From: Eledone cirrhosa
Lineage: Eukaryota
DNA length: 64,000 nucleotides
Reading direction: 5' to 3'
NCBI GenBank assembly: GCA_964016885.1
Contig: OZ024741.1
Location: 145,142,001-145,206,000 of the forward strand
Below, piece after piece: positions 27,625-40,299 of the stretch (positions are counted from its first letter, which is position 1; each line of letters opens with the position of its first letter). Both the position numbers and the translations under genes were made by a program. The notes beneath the pieces were generated by a model. The model was not told where the DNA came from and did no database searches. It was given only the letters and a program-made list of their open reading frames with translations.

Positions 27625-27960
27625 TACAGAATAACAATAACAGTAGTAACAAAAACAACAACAGCAACAAAAGTAGCAATGCTAACAATAACAACAACAG
27701 TAATAATAAGAATAACAATAACAACAGTAACAATAAGAACAATAACAATAGTAATATTAAGAACAGTAACAACAGTAACACTAACAACAACAATAACAAT
27801 AAGAACAATAAGAATAATAAGAGCAACAACAATAACAGTAACATAATTAAAAATAATAACAGTGACAAAAGTAATAATAGCAGCAGTAACAACAACAATA
27901 ACAACAGCTATAACAATGTTAATAACAACAACCACAGTAACAACAATATCAACAGTTATA
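27625..27960. repeat. Degenerate (AAY/AGY)n trinucleotide microsatellite
   Basis: aac/aat/agt triplets; a mirror-type tract lies at 36765-36960. Confidence 0.9.
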
Positions 27961-28436
27961 ATGCTGGGGAAAATAAAATAAAGATCTTTAAGCTGTACAA
28001 TGCCATGTACCTATTAGGATGGAGTGAGAATGAGAAGTTGTGGTATCTGCCTCAGAAGTCCAGGGAGTCTGTAACCTCCCTTGAAACAACCCCTTCCCCA
28101 AGGCAAAACCAATTACTATTTCTCTAATGAAAGACACTGCATAGATGTTTCTTCAAATATTTTGAAAATAATTCAGAATTTAAAGGGGTTTAGTAATATA
28201 AGTAACTTTCTCATTATTAAGCTGGTGTTTGGAGCATAACTTAACAAATGTTCTTACATAAAATTACAATGGAAAGTTTATAGAATAGATGCAGTATAAC
28301 AGTATGTGTCATAATAATCAACTCAAAACATTGGCACCAGGAAGGGAATCCAGTTTAAAACACTGTTTCAAAACATCTCCTCCAACCCATGCCAGCATAG
28401 AAAGGAGAATGTAAAAATGATGATGATGATGAACAC

Positions 28437-28682
28437 TTTAACCCATTCATTACCATATTTCTAATGAAAAACACTGCTTACAATTTTCAATTTAGAGGGA
28501 TTTAGTAATAATATAATTAACTTTCTCATTAATAAACTTGTATATGGAGCATAACTCAAAACACTTTCTTACATAAAATTATGTCGGAAAGGTTTCAGAC
28601 AAATACAAGCACTATGCCTTATATAGTTTTGTGTCATAGAAGCAGAGGTGATTTCAGGCAGTTTGGTATAAAAAAGGTTAAA
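28437..28682. mobile_element. TTAA-flanked piggyBac-like MITE (related partial copy ~28110-28310)
   Basis: ttaacccatt...aaaaggttaa termini; internal sequence repeated upstream. Confidence 0.55.
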
Positions 28683-29074
28683 AGAAAATTATATACAGAT
28701 TAGGCCATAACTTTTCTAATTTTAAGAAATGTAAATAAAATGAAACTATAGCGATTTTAATCCTTTTGATAGCAACCAGCTTGAAGCCTGTGATAAAACT
28801 GCCCATCTTAAAGCACACCTGCCAACCTCTAAAAGCCCAAACAGGGAGAACCATGAAAAAAAGTGTCCCAAAACGGGAGAAGACATCTCTCACCCACCCC
28901 AAAGTGGGTGGGACATCTCCCTGTCAGACTGGAAGAGTTGACAGGTCTTTTAAAGTGTTATATCTAAATTAAAACTTTAAAATTTCAATTATAATTTTAT
29001 GTTAAAACTTTTTACTTATGTTTTAAGCACCAACTTAAATGTAAACATTATTTTATCCTTCAAATTGTTCAAAT

Positions 29075-29615
29075 TGTTCAAATCCCGCCGAGGTTTACTT
29101 TGCCTTTCATCCTTACGGGGTTGTACCAGTAATACACTGAGTAATTGCTGGCCTTGTGCCTAAAGTAGAAACAATTATTTTATCCTTCAAATGAGTTCAA
29201 ATCCCGCCGAGGTTGACTTTGCCTTTCATCCTTACGGGGTCGATAAAATAAAGTACCAGTAATGCACTGGGTATTTGCTGGCCTTGTGCCTAAAATAGAA
29301 ACAATTATTTTATCCTTCAAATTGTTGATTATTTTGAAAATTTATTAAAACACATTCGAATATATTTCTTGAGAAATATCGTCATGAAAGAGTTAAACTT
29401 TATTCCAAAAGTAATACATGAGTAATTCATGTAAGTGTATATATTAAATGTTCTAAATGTTTCCTGCTTGCATTAATGCCAGCATTTCATTATTATGTTC
29501 ATTTATCCCGCCGAGGTTAACTTTGCCTTTCATCCTTACGGGGTCAATAAAATAAAGTACCAGTAATACACTGGGGTAATTGCTGGCTTTGTGTCAAAAG
29601 TAGAAATAATTATTA
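29075..29615 (+). mobile_element. Three 5'-truncated MetaSINE-like copies
   Basis: atcccgccgaggtt.actttgcctttcatccttacgggg..agtagaaa.aattatt at ~29075, ~29195 and ~29505. Confidence 0.85.
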
Positions 29616-30402
29616 TGTTCATTTGTAATCAGTAAGCTAATCATCACTCACCCTTTTTGTCCCCCTGAGTCAGTGAAATAACAAGGTTGTAGTTACAGAA
29701 ATGGTAGGGATGGTAAATAGAAACTGGGTGGATTATTTTATTCCTTGTCAGGCCCAGAGCCTGGGAGTGGGTGGACACTCAAATTCCCTAGGGAGTTTTA
29801 GACCAGCTTCTGCTAACATTTTTTATTGCTTTTTAAATTTATTTTGTTCTTTGTTCTTACTTTGAGAAGAAAAATGAGAGAAGTCAGAACTTCAATGAAA
29901 GTATTTCAGGACATTTTTTTAACACAATATTCTAAATCTGAGGGTGCACTATTGAAAAGTAGGAAAGTAGATGGGGGTGTGGGGGTGCCATTTAGTGTCC
30001 CCAAACCTGCAGACAGAACTACAGAGATACTACTGCACTCTTCACCCCTACAACAACACCAATAACATGAAGTACATCAACTACATTTAACAAAACACCA
30101 ATTACTTATAGAGTTTAAAGATAAATCATAGAATTATACAAGGCACCGGAGATATTAATGATGATAATTATAGGTAATGATGAAGTTGGGGGTGGTGATG
30201 ATGATAGTGGTAGTGATGATGATGATGTTAATGATGGTGATGATGGCAATTTTGATTCTGCTGGTGATTGTGATGATGATGATAATGATGATGACAACTT
30301 CTTTATTTGATAGATGAGGCACCTGAAGCACAAGAAAAAACTGTGACAAGCATTTGAAAATTCTCAGAAGAAAATAGACATAATAATAAAAATAATAATA
30401 AC

Positions 30403-30453
<51 letters not shown>

Positions 30454-30456
30454 CAT

Positions 30457-31740
30457 AATTCAGCAATGATATATGTATGCAATTTGGTATTAGTAAGTGT
30501 GGAGTCCTAGTGATGAAGGGGGATACATTGAGCAGAAGCAACGGAATCCAGGTACCAACAGGTGAGATGATAAAGGAAATTGACACTGAAGAAGGATACA
30601 AGTATTTGGGTGTTCTGGAGGCTGATGACATCAAGAACAAAAAAATGAAGGAATTAATAAGATCTGAATACATTCGGAGAGTAAGGAGCGTATTAAAGTC
30701 ACATGTGAACAGTAGGAATGCCATAAGTGCAGTAAATTCCCGAGCTGTGTTTATTATTAGGTACAATGCGGGAATTCTGAGATGGAATGTTGCTGAACAA
30801 AAAGAAATGGATAGGAAGACTAGGAAGCTATTGACTATCTACAACATGTTCCACAAGAGGAGTGATGTCGATAGACTCTACTTAAGGAGATCTGAAGGTG
30901 GAAGAGGTCTTATCAGCATAGAGGACTGTGTTCAAATGGAGAAAAACAACCTAGACAAATACGTAACTGATAGTAAGGAGCCAATGTTCAGAATTGTACT
31001 GAAGGAGAGGACAATAGACCAGGGGATGTCCAAGGAGGAAATAACAACAAGGAGAAAGAGCAGCCTTCATGAAAAATCCCTTCATAGTACCTTCCAGGAT
31101 CTGTGGAGAGAGAGAGAGGAGACTGTGGCTCATATTGTATCCGAGTGTAAACACCTAGCCCAGACTCACTATAAGGACTGGAGACATGATGTGATGGGCA
31201 GGGTGATCCACTGGCACCTATGCAAAGATAACAATTTACCACATTCTGAGAAGTGGTATGAGCATAAGCCAGAGTCGGTGATAGAAAACGATCAGGTGAG
31301 GGTGCTGTGGGATTTTAGGATACAGACGGACAAGACACTGGAACACAATAGACCTGACCTGGTGGTTTTGGACAAGGAAAAAAGATTGTGCCTGATTGTG
31401 GATGTGGCCTGCCCATTTGACACGAGTGTGCAAGAGAAGGAGAGGGAGAAAATTAACCGATACCAGGACTTAAAGTGGGAGGTAAAAAGGATTTGGAATT
31501 GCCATGAAGTCAAAGTGGTCCCGATTGTCATAGGTGCACTAGGTACTATCTCAAAAAGTTTCCAGGGATGGTTAAAGAAAATTGGCCCTGCCACGCTTTT
31601 TGGAACGCTTCAAAAGGCATGCTTGCTGGGAACAGCAAGAACCCTCCGATACGTCTTGAATATCTGAGGCTGCAGGTAGTGGCTTGATATTCATTTCAAC
31701 AAACTTTCCAGTTAACTAACATCAATAACTGAGACTCAAA
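30457..31740 (+). mobile_element. 5'-truncated young Dong/R4-type LINE (396-aa open frame 30477-31667: RT thumb and RLE endonuclease) inserted in (AAT)n
   Basis: MQFGISKC, YKYLGV, RLYL.R.EGGRGL, HIVSEC, RHD, LWDF.IQTD..HNRPDLVV..IVDVACP..EK..RY, VVPIVIGALG; (AAT)n immediately 5'. Confidence 0.95.
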
Positions 31741-32009
31741 GAACAATAAACTTCGGTAGAAAACACGGTCAATTTATTAAATTGTTGACCTCAGTACATC
31801 ACTGTTATATTATTTGGTTAACCCTTGTAGTACGAATTTAACTCAAAACACAAAAAGATACAACTTAATATCACACTTATTTGTTTCACTGTTGTTTAAC
31901 TGATTCTGCCAACATCTGCCAGTTAGGGACAATACATAGGTGAAAATCTTTATATGGAAGGAGAAAGTCAACATAAGATCAGTTTATCAAATAATAATAA
32001 TAATAATAA

Positions 32010-32880
32010 ACACCTATCCCAGACTCACTATAAAGGCTGGAGGCAGGGTGATACACTGGCATTTATGCAAACTAAATAATTTACCACATTCTGAGAAGTG
32101 GTATGAGCATAAGCCAGAGTCGGTGATAGGAAACGATCAAGTGAAGGTGCTATGGGATTTCAGGATACAGACGGACAAGAAATTAGAACACAATAGGCCT
32201 GACCTGGTGGTTTTGGACAAGGAAAAAAAATCGTGCCTGATTGTAGATGTAGCCTGTCCCTTTGACACAAGGGTGCAAGAAAAGAAGGAAAAAATTAACC
32301 AATACCAGGATTTAAAGTGGGAATTAAAAAGGATTAGATCAAGGTCGTCCCGATTGTCATAGAAGCACTAGATACTATCTCAAAGAGTTTTCAAGAATGG
32401 TTAAAGAGCATTAGTCCAGCTCCCTTTTTTGGAACACTTCAAAAGGCATGCTTGCTGGGAACAGCAAGAACCCTCCAATACGTCCTGAATGTCTGAGGCT
32501 GCAGGTAGTAGCTTGATATTCATCTGAACAAACTTTCCAGTCAAACAACATCAATGACTGAGACTTCAAAAATAATAATAATAATAATAGTGCAAGAAAG
32601 GAGAAGGAGAAAATTAACTGGTGCCAGGATCTAAAGTGGGAACTGAAAAAGATTTGAGATTGACATGAGATCAAGGTCGTCCCCATCATCATAGGAGCAC
32701 TAGGTACTGGCTAAAGACCACCATTTATGGAACTCTTCAAAAGGCATGCCTACTGGTATGTCCTGAATATTTGAGATTGCGGGTAGGGGATTGATGTTCA
32801 TTTGGACATATTTTCCAGTTAAATAACATTAATGACTGAGATATCAAATTCAAAATAATAGAAGTAATATTAATAATAAT
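32010..32880 (+). mobile_element. Two further, shorter 3' copies of the same Dong/R4 element (32010-32570, 32590-32850), each bounded by (AAT)n
   Basis: High nucleotide identity to 31160-31735; AAT runs at 31990, 32570 and 32865. Confidence 0.9.
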
Positions 32881-33284
32881 ATTGATGATAAAAACAAAAC
32901 ACAGACAGATACATAACCAAAACCCCATGACTCACAAATATATACAGTATAGAAGAATTAATACTTCTTTGCACTGCATACGTATTACAAAGAGCATTCT
33001 CAATACAATAGAAACAACACTACAAAAAATTACACTGCACATACCCAAGGCACACAAAGCTGTGCTCAGTAATGCAGTGATGACACACTATAAGATATGA
33101 CTAACAGCAACAGTAATAACAATAATAATCTACACTGCCCAGAAAATTTCCCAACTGGGAAGAGCCCACATACTATGGAGAGTACTGCTAAGTGCTCCAG
33201 CATCCTCATAGCACTTCAAACACATCATTTTGGTCTGGTTCTACAAGATGTACAAAGATAGATTGAAAATGCTGTTATAATAAT

Positions 33285-34830
33285 CCTTTCTAATTTAGGT
33301 TAAAAGGCCAGCAGTTTGGGGAGAGGGAAGTCATTTAAATCAACTTCGGTACTTGACTGGTCCTTTATTTTAACAACCGTGGAAGAATGGAAGGCTAACT
33401 TAACATTGGTGAGATTTGAAAACAGAATAGAAAGATTCACAAGGAATAGCACAAAGCACTTTATCTGACACTCTAACAACCCTGACAATACACAACCCTA
33501 ATAATAATAATAATAATAATAGTGATTTCTACTATAGGCACAAGGCCAGCAATTTTGTGGGAGGGGAAAGTCAATTAAATTGGCCCCAGTGCATTTACTG
33601 GTTCTTTATTTTATCAATGCAGTAAAGATGAAAGGCAAGTTAAACTCAGCAGGATTTGAATAATAATAATAATAATGGTTTCTGATTTAGGTACAAGGCC
33701 AACAATTTTGAGGGAGGGGAAAGATGATTAAATCATCCCCTAGCCACACGTGGGCATGATATTGGAGACAATACAAGGAAGAAAAGTATTACAAGATAAA
33801 TTGGGTTTTATTGAGGGAGGAAATCGACAGAGACACAACAATAACAATAATTATTTCTACTTTTGGCACAAGGCCAGCAATTATCCCAGTGCATTACTGG
33901 TACTTTATTTTATCAACCTCGTAAGGATAAAATGCAAAGTTAATTTTGGTGGGATTTGAACTCAGACGGTAAAGGGCCGTAACTCTATGTTGCAAAGCCC
34001 TAACAATCCACAACAATAACAATGAGGAAATTCAATGAGAAAAAGATTCCCCCATAGGAGAAGAAGACCCCCACCACTAGTGTAATTTCAAGGAAACAAC
34101 AACAAAAGTAATATATGTGAAGGGCTCTTAACTCCTGATGGAATCATATGGGTGATGTTCTGACACATGGCCTGTCTTGCACATTTTATATCTAGTGGAG
34201 CCCAACCCTCTCCAAGTCAGAACACAATCACTTTATGCAAAAGAAAGAAAAAGAAACAATACAGAAGAAGAATCCACCCCAATACTGGATAGGTACTTTA
34301 TTTATTGACCTCAAACAGATGAAAGGCAAAGTTGACCTTGGTGGGATTTGAACTCAGGATGCAATGACCCAGAAAAAATACTGAGGCATTTATAATCCAC
34401 TGCCCTTTTAATTCATTAATTCCCCACCCCCAATAATAATAATAATTGTTTCTACTTTTGGCACAAGGCCAGCAATTACCCAGTGCTTTACTGGTACTTT
34501 ATTTTATCGGCCCCGTAAGGATGAAAGGCAAAGATAACCTCGGTGGGATTTGAACTCAGAATGGCAAGGGCCATAACTTTATGCGTCGAAGCATGGCGTC
34601 CGACCCTCTACCGATACTACCAATCCACCATCTTCTGGTGCTTTATAATAATAATAATAGTTATAATAATAATAATGCTTTCTAATTTGAGCATCAAATT
34701 TCAGGGAAGAGTTTAGTCAACTGAACTGACCCCTGGATTACTGGGCTAGCACTTTATTTTATCAACCCTGGGAGGATAAGAATCAAAGTTGACATGAACT
34801 CAGAACATTACACAATAAAAGTAAATACTG
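33285..34830 (-). mobile_element. Cluster of about seven co-oriented MetaSINE-like copies separated by (AAT)n
   Basis: Recurrent ggcacaaggccagcaatt..actggtactttattttat..gatgaaaggcaaagtt..gggatttgaactcag; full copy at 34445-34630. Confidence 0.85.
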
Positions 34831-35167
34831 CAAGGCAATTTAAATTGGTGCTCTCACCATGTTTCTCATTCAATCTGACTTTATAATTATTATTAGTATA
34901 ATTATCAATAGTAAATATATTTCACTTAGTAGTCATTGGTTTTACTTCGGTGTATGATGCGGGTTCAAATTCTGCTGAGGTTGACTCTAACTTACAATGT
35001 TTCTGAGGGGTCATAGAAATAAATATCAGTAATATACTGGGGATTATAGAAATGACTGTTCAATTTATCTCCTTAAAAAAGAAATATGTAGCACTTTCTG
35101 CAAATCATGTACATATGTATATACACATATCTATGTGTCTATGTATATATATATGTCAGTATGTATG

Positions 35168-35218
<51 letters not shown>

Positions 35219-35270
35219 TTATGCATGGATTTTTGTTCATATGCATGTATGCATTTATATGTGTTTATAT

Positions 35271-35320
<50 letters not shown>

Positions 35321-35614
35321 TTATGTAGGTAATTATGTATCTATGTATGCATGTATATATATAAGCATTTATGTGTCTACGTAGGTAAGCACATATGGGT
35401 TTTATGAGTGAACCTGTGGATGAGTGTCGTACAATATGTAATGTTCATTACCACCATCACTACCACTACTGTGACAACAACAATAACAATAATAGGAAGA
35501 TGAAAAAACAAGAAAGACAGTAGAAAATTCAAATGAAATACTTGGAAAACTTACTTTGTGCGTTTCCAACCCATCGTGGCTCCATTAGTCGGTACTTAAA
35601 CACACAGTTTGTTA

Positions 35615-35651
<37 letters not shown>

Positions 35652-37859
35652 TATTATTATTACTCTTATTATCATGTTTTGAAAAAAAAAAAAAAACCTC
35701 ACAGTTGTTGCCCTATAAGGCGAACATGCCTTTCTGGGATCATTTTGCCGTCAACATGTAACACATCCTTGCTTTGGTTTTGTATTGCTGAAATTTTTTT
35801 GGGAGGAGATAGTCAAGGTTGTTGTTTTTACTGGGGAGAGGGGCGGGGTTAAAATTTCTTGTAGCAGTGATTACAATATATATATTTTTTTATTTTGTTA
35901 TTTTGCTTGAATTCTTTGAAACAACAACTATATCAACAACAACAGTGGCTACCACTGTAACACCAACAATAATTATAATGGTAACAACAATGTTAATAAT
36001 AATTTCTTATGTAGGTACAGGCCTTGCATTTGTGGGACAGGGTTACAGTTGATTCAATTAAACCCCAGTATTTCACTTATATTTATTTTATCGTCAACAA
36101 CCCTGGAAGAATTACAACATTAACAATAAAAAATCATCTTTTATAACCTACCCTCGATTAATTTTCCATTTAGAAATTTATTTTTTTATATATAATACTA
36201 ATATTAGTGATACTAATAAAAATGATAATGATAATAATGATTAATTCATTGTGATAATAGTAAATAATAAATAAATAATGGTATTGCTAATGATGATATC
36301 CCTCTTAGAATAATGATATTTAAGGCTATTATGTAATAAGGGGGATGATCATTATCATTATTATTATTATAAATAATGTTGAATGCTTTTCGTTATCTGT
36401 CACAACAGCAAATATAAAAACAATAACGATTTGAAACAATAACAAGCAAGTAAAAAAAAACAAAAATAAAACAAAACAAAAATTGAAATGTAACTAAGCA
36501 AAACGAATGTAATTTAAATTGTTTTTGTTGTAATTGTTATACAATTGTTGTTGTTGTTTAGCCCAAGGTTAGCAAAAATCAAAGTCGTTCCAATTATGGC
36601 CATCCCATCTTTTATTGAAATAGTGTAATTAACACATTATCCATTGTGTTTTTACATATTTTTTCTAGACAACGGGACTGTGATTTGAGGGAGTTTTAGC
36701 TGCTATTTTTAACAGAGTTGAGCAATTAAGTAACTGAACTCCTTCATTGGCTTGATTTTATAATTGTTGATGTTGTTGTTATGGTAGTTGTTACTGCTTT
36801 TGCTATTGTTGTTATTACTGCAGTAGTTGTTTATTGTTGTTGTTATTAGTGCTGCTGCTAGTGTTATTGTTGGAATAGTTGTTGCTGTTATCGTTGCTGC
36901 AGTTATAGTTTTTGTTCCTGTTGCTACTGCAGTTGTATTTGTTGTTGCTGTAGTTGTTGTTTGATACTATTGTGAATCTTCAGCATATTCTTCTCACAGT
37001 ATTTCTCACTTTAGTGTGTACATTAACACGTGCACTGCAAATATATATGTGTAAGTATGTATGTATCTGTATATATATATGTATGTATGTATATATAAAT
37101 ACGTGGGGCTGTGTATATATATATATGTATGTATATATATATATATATATATATGTGAGTGTGTGTGTATATGTATGTATGTATATATATGTGTGTGTCT
37201 ATGTATGAATATAAATATGCGTGTGTATATGTATGTATATATGTATGTATATATGTATATATGTACGTGTGTATGTATATATATATATATATATATGTGT
37301 GTGTCTATGTATGTATGTACTTGTGTGTATCTATCTTTCTTTCCTTACTTCCTCATCATCTCCGTGAGATCATCAGCGGCGGCAGCAGAGAAAAAAATAA
37401 CAACAAACACAAGAGATTCCAGTCACTTATTTGGCATTGGTGGCTTCTTGGTGATATAGAGGTTCCTTGGTTATCTCTGTCTTTCTCTCTCTCTGTCTCT
37501 TTGACTGTCATTCCAGGAAATGGTGGTGGTGTTGGTGGCGGTGGAAACAGGGATGGAAAGCCGGCATAGAGACACATGTATTTATTCCACCAACATCCAC
37601 CCACACCGACACACACTCTCTCTCTCTCTCTCCCCTTGTTTGTCTCTCTATCTTTCCCCCTCTCTCTCTCTCTCTCTCTCTCTTTCTTACTCTTTCTTAC
37701 TCTCACTCTCCTCCTCCCTCTGTCACCCTCCCTTATATTATCACTGTCTCCTCCCACTCTCTCACCCTTTCAATACAACATACAGACACAACTGACGATG
37801 CACGTGGTAAGCATTGACAAAACAACTGCACAACGGAGATCCTCGCTATAAGCTCTGCA

Positions 37860-37888
37860 TTGCTAATGATGCTCAGCAGCAACACCAA

Positions 37889-37920
<32 letters not shown>

Positions 37921-38450
37921 GCAGCTGCAACAACACCAGCAGCTGCAGCGGATGATACAGCACCACCAACAGCAGCAGTTGTGGTGACTGTCTTGGTGAT
38001 GGAGATGAAGCTAGTTGAGTTTATGTGGTCGAGATGTTGGCAGCAGTTGCTTTAGTGGTGGTGGTGGTGGTGGTGGTTGTTATGGTGATGAAGTTTGTGG
38101 TGATGGAGGTGTTGATGATGTTTGTGGTGTTGTTGTTGTGGTGGTGATGGTGGTAGTGATGGCGTTGATGGTGTTGATGGTGTTGATGGTGCTGGTTGAG
38201 CTCAATTGGTTGAGATGTTGGCATTGTAGTTTTTGTGATGGTGATGCTGATGATGGGTTTTGTTGTTGTTGCAGTGATGATGGTGGTGTTGGTGATGTGG
38301 TTGTTGTGTTGATGGTGTCATTGGGGTTGGTGGTGACGACGGTGGTGCTGGTAGTGTTTGTTGTGATGGTGAGATTGGTGGTGGTGGTGTTGCTGTGGTG
38401 CTGGTGGTGGTGGTGACAGTGTTGTTGTGGTGTTGGTGGTGATGTTCTTG
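37860..38450. repeat. (CAG)n and (GGT/GAT/GTT)n low-complexity tract
   Basis: Triplet runs with no coherent long ORF; possibly 5' UTR sequence of the candidate minus-strand transcript. Confidence 0.85.
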
Positions 38451-39214
38451 TTCGTATTGTGGAATAGCAGAATCATTAGAACATCGGATTAACTTCTCTT
38501 TACATTCTGAGTCAAAACTCTGCTAAAGGCAACTTTAAAACCCCCTCCCCTTATTATCCAAGAAGTACTGGTGCTAATTTAATCAGATTTCTCCTTTTCA
38601 CAAAAATTCTGACCTTGTGCCTCTGTTGAAAACCATTGATATGTTGTTTAGTTATGGTGTTGGTGCTGCAATGATGCTGATATTTAGCCCTGGATCCCCC
38701 TTCATCAAGCAGACTTATGATCAAAGGCAATATGGCCTAACTCATCCACCTTTTTTTTGTGTGTTGGGGCGGGGGTTTATCTCTAACTACTTTGTCTTAT
38801 GTTTGTCATTCCCTCTTATTTTAGACTGTGAGGGTTGACTGCTATTTCTATCAGTTTGAATTACTTTACTGAAACCCTTAAATCTTCATCTTCATCTAAG
38901 GTATTTTGTTTTGTCTTTGTTACATCCCTTTGTTTTTTAATCCCTCTGAGAACAAAAGAATACTGGACTTGACTAAAACTATTGAAGGTGAACCCCAACA
39001 GTGCCGCAGTTCAACAAGAAAAATGAGGAGGAAATTTGACTGCTGTTTCTAGCAGATCAGTTATGCAATAATATAGAAGCCCTCTCATTGACTCAGTATT
39101 GTTGGCATTGTTGTTTTTTTGTTGCTGTTAATGCTGTTTAGGCACAGGTCAACCCTGATCAAAGTCATTACAGCCATGGACAGCTTATCTTTTTCTTAAG
39201 TGCAGGGCAAACAT

Positions 39215-39405
39215 CGTGGATTGGCAGTATCAATAGAGGGTCGGACGCCATACTTTGCAGCATAGAGTTACGCCCCTTTATGGTCTGAGTTCAAATCCCA
39301 CCAAGGTTAACTTTGCCTTTCCTCCTTACGGGGTCGATAAAATAAAGTACCAGTAATGTACTGGGGTAATTGCTGACCTTCTGTCAAAAGTAGAAACAAT
39401 TATTC
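39215..39405 (+). mobile_element. MetaSINE-like SINE (another full copy at 41100-41285; 3' fragment at 56495-56555)
   Basis: Full head, central domain and tail. Confidence 0.88.
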
Positions 39406-39882
39406 ATTCAAAATGTCCTTTTTATTAAAGAATGGCAAGGTGTCACTTAAGAGATGCTTTGACTGCTATTTCTAGCAGGTAGAGTGACCATGTAAAAGCT
39501 TGTTAGTGATGGTGGTAGTGGAGCTGGTGGCAAATAGGGTGTTGAAGATCAATACTAAATAATCAATAATATGAAGTGTAAACATAGAGGAAAGAGCAAG
39601 GAAGGGAAGGGAGGGAAATAAGAAGAAAAGGAAGAGAGGAAAGGATAATAGATTTCAGGGGCGGTAGGTGAGAGGAGGTGAAGATGAGAAGATACAGAAA
39701 TTGATAGGGCGAGATCTATTAGCATGAAATTGTTATTTTTGATGCTGTTGTTATTATTTTTGCTGTTATTGTCGATGTTATTGTTACTATTGTTGCTGAT
39801 GCTATTGTTTAATCCTGGATCAGCCTTGATCGACCAGAGTTATGATCAAACTTTCCAGGATTGACGAAATATATATATAAAT

Positions 39883-39920
<38 letters not shown>

Positions 39921-39961
39921 GAGTAGTTAAGATGGGGTTATTTAACCATCACTACTTTATT

Positions 39962-40012
39962 GCATGATATATATTTCTGTTACATGGTTATGTATGTGAC
40001 TTCATCAGATGC
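39962..40012 (-). ncRNA. Intact minimal type I hammerhead ribozyme in a Penelope-like remnant (~39910-40200)
   Basis: Minus strand: gcat CTGATGA a gtcacat acataacc atgtaac a GAAA tatata tc atgc. Stem I gcat/atgc; stem II 6 of 7 bp; palindromic stem III; AUC site. Confidence 0.82.
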
Positions 40013-40299
40013 TTATAAAATCATAGGTGCAGTAATACAATCATGGGGTTATGTTGATGATCATGTATTACCATCCAATTGTGATGACAGCGAACATAAA
40101 CTTATGACAGGGAGTGCTCTTTGGATCGCTCAAACTGGCTTATCCTCACAAAGTTACAACATAACAACCACATATAAGAAAATGATCTTTTGCAACAATA
40201 TATATATCATCATCATCATCATCATCTTCGTTTAACGTCTATCTTCCATGCTAGCATGATATATATATATATATATAACATGTGTTTGCACCTGTATAT

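Larger units (their letters stand above)
27371..37437 (-). other. Candidate spliced transcript: exons <=37437-37349, 35787-35703, 35594-35555, (29664-29652), 27414-27371
   Basis: Non-repetitive islands bounded by tttcag|, tttaag| or catttag| acceptors and |gtaagg, |gtgagg, |gtaagt, |gtgagt or |gtagga donors; no recognisable protein. Confidence 0.3.

Noticed and set aside
27323-28127. Poly-Leu, poly-Asn and Val/Thr-rich ORFs
   Set aside because: Stop-poor trinucleotide repeat open in several frames
35735-35770. GCVTC(W)RQN resembles the myostatin/GDF11 prodomain CxxCxWRQ
   Set aside because: The diagnostic following RIEAIKxQILSKL motif is absent
37360-37380. CTGATGA/CTGACGA motifs at 37371(-), 37792, 40505 and 54804(-)
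   Set aside because: No correctly placed GAAA, stem III or stem I
37733-38416. His/Thr-rich and Val/Gly-rich ORFs; polyQ-like tract
   Set aside because: Low complexity, stops in the Q frame, no domain
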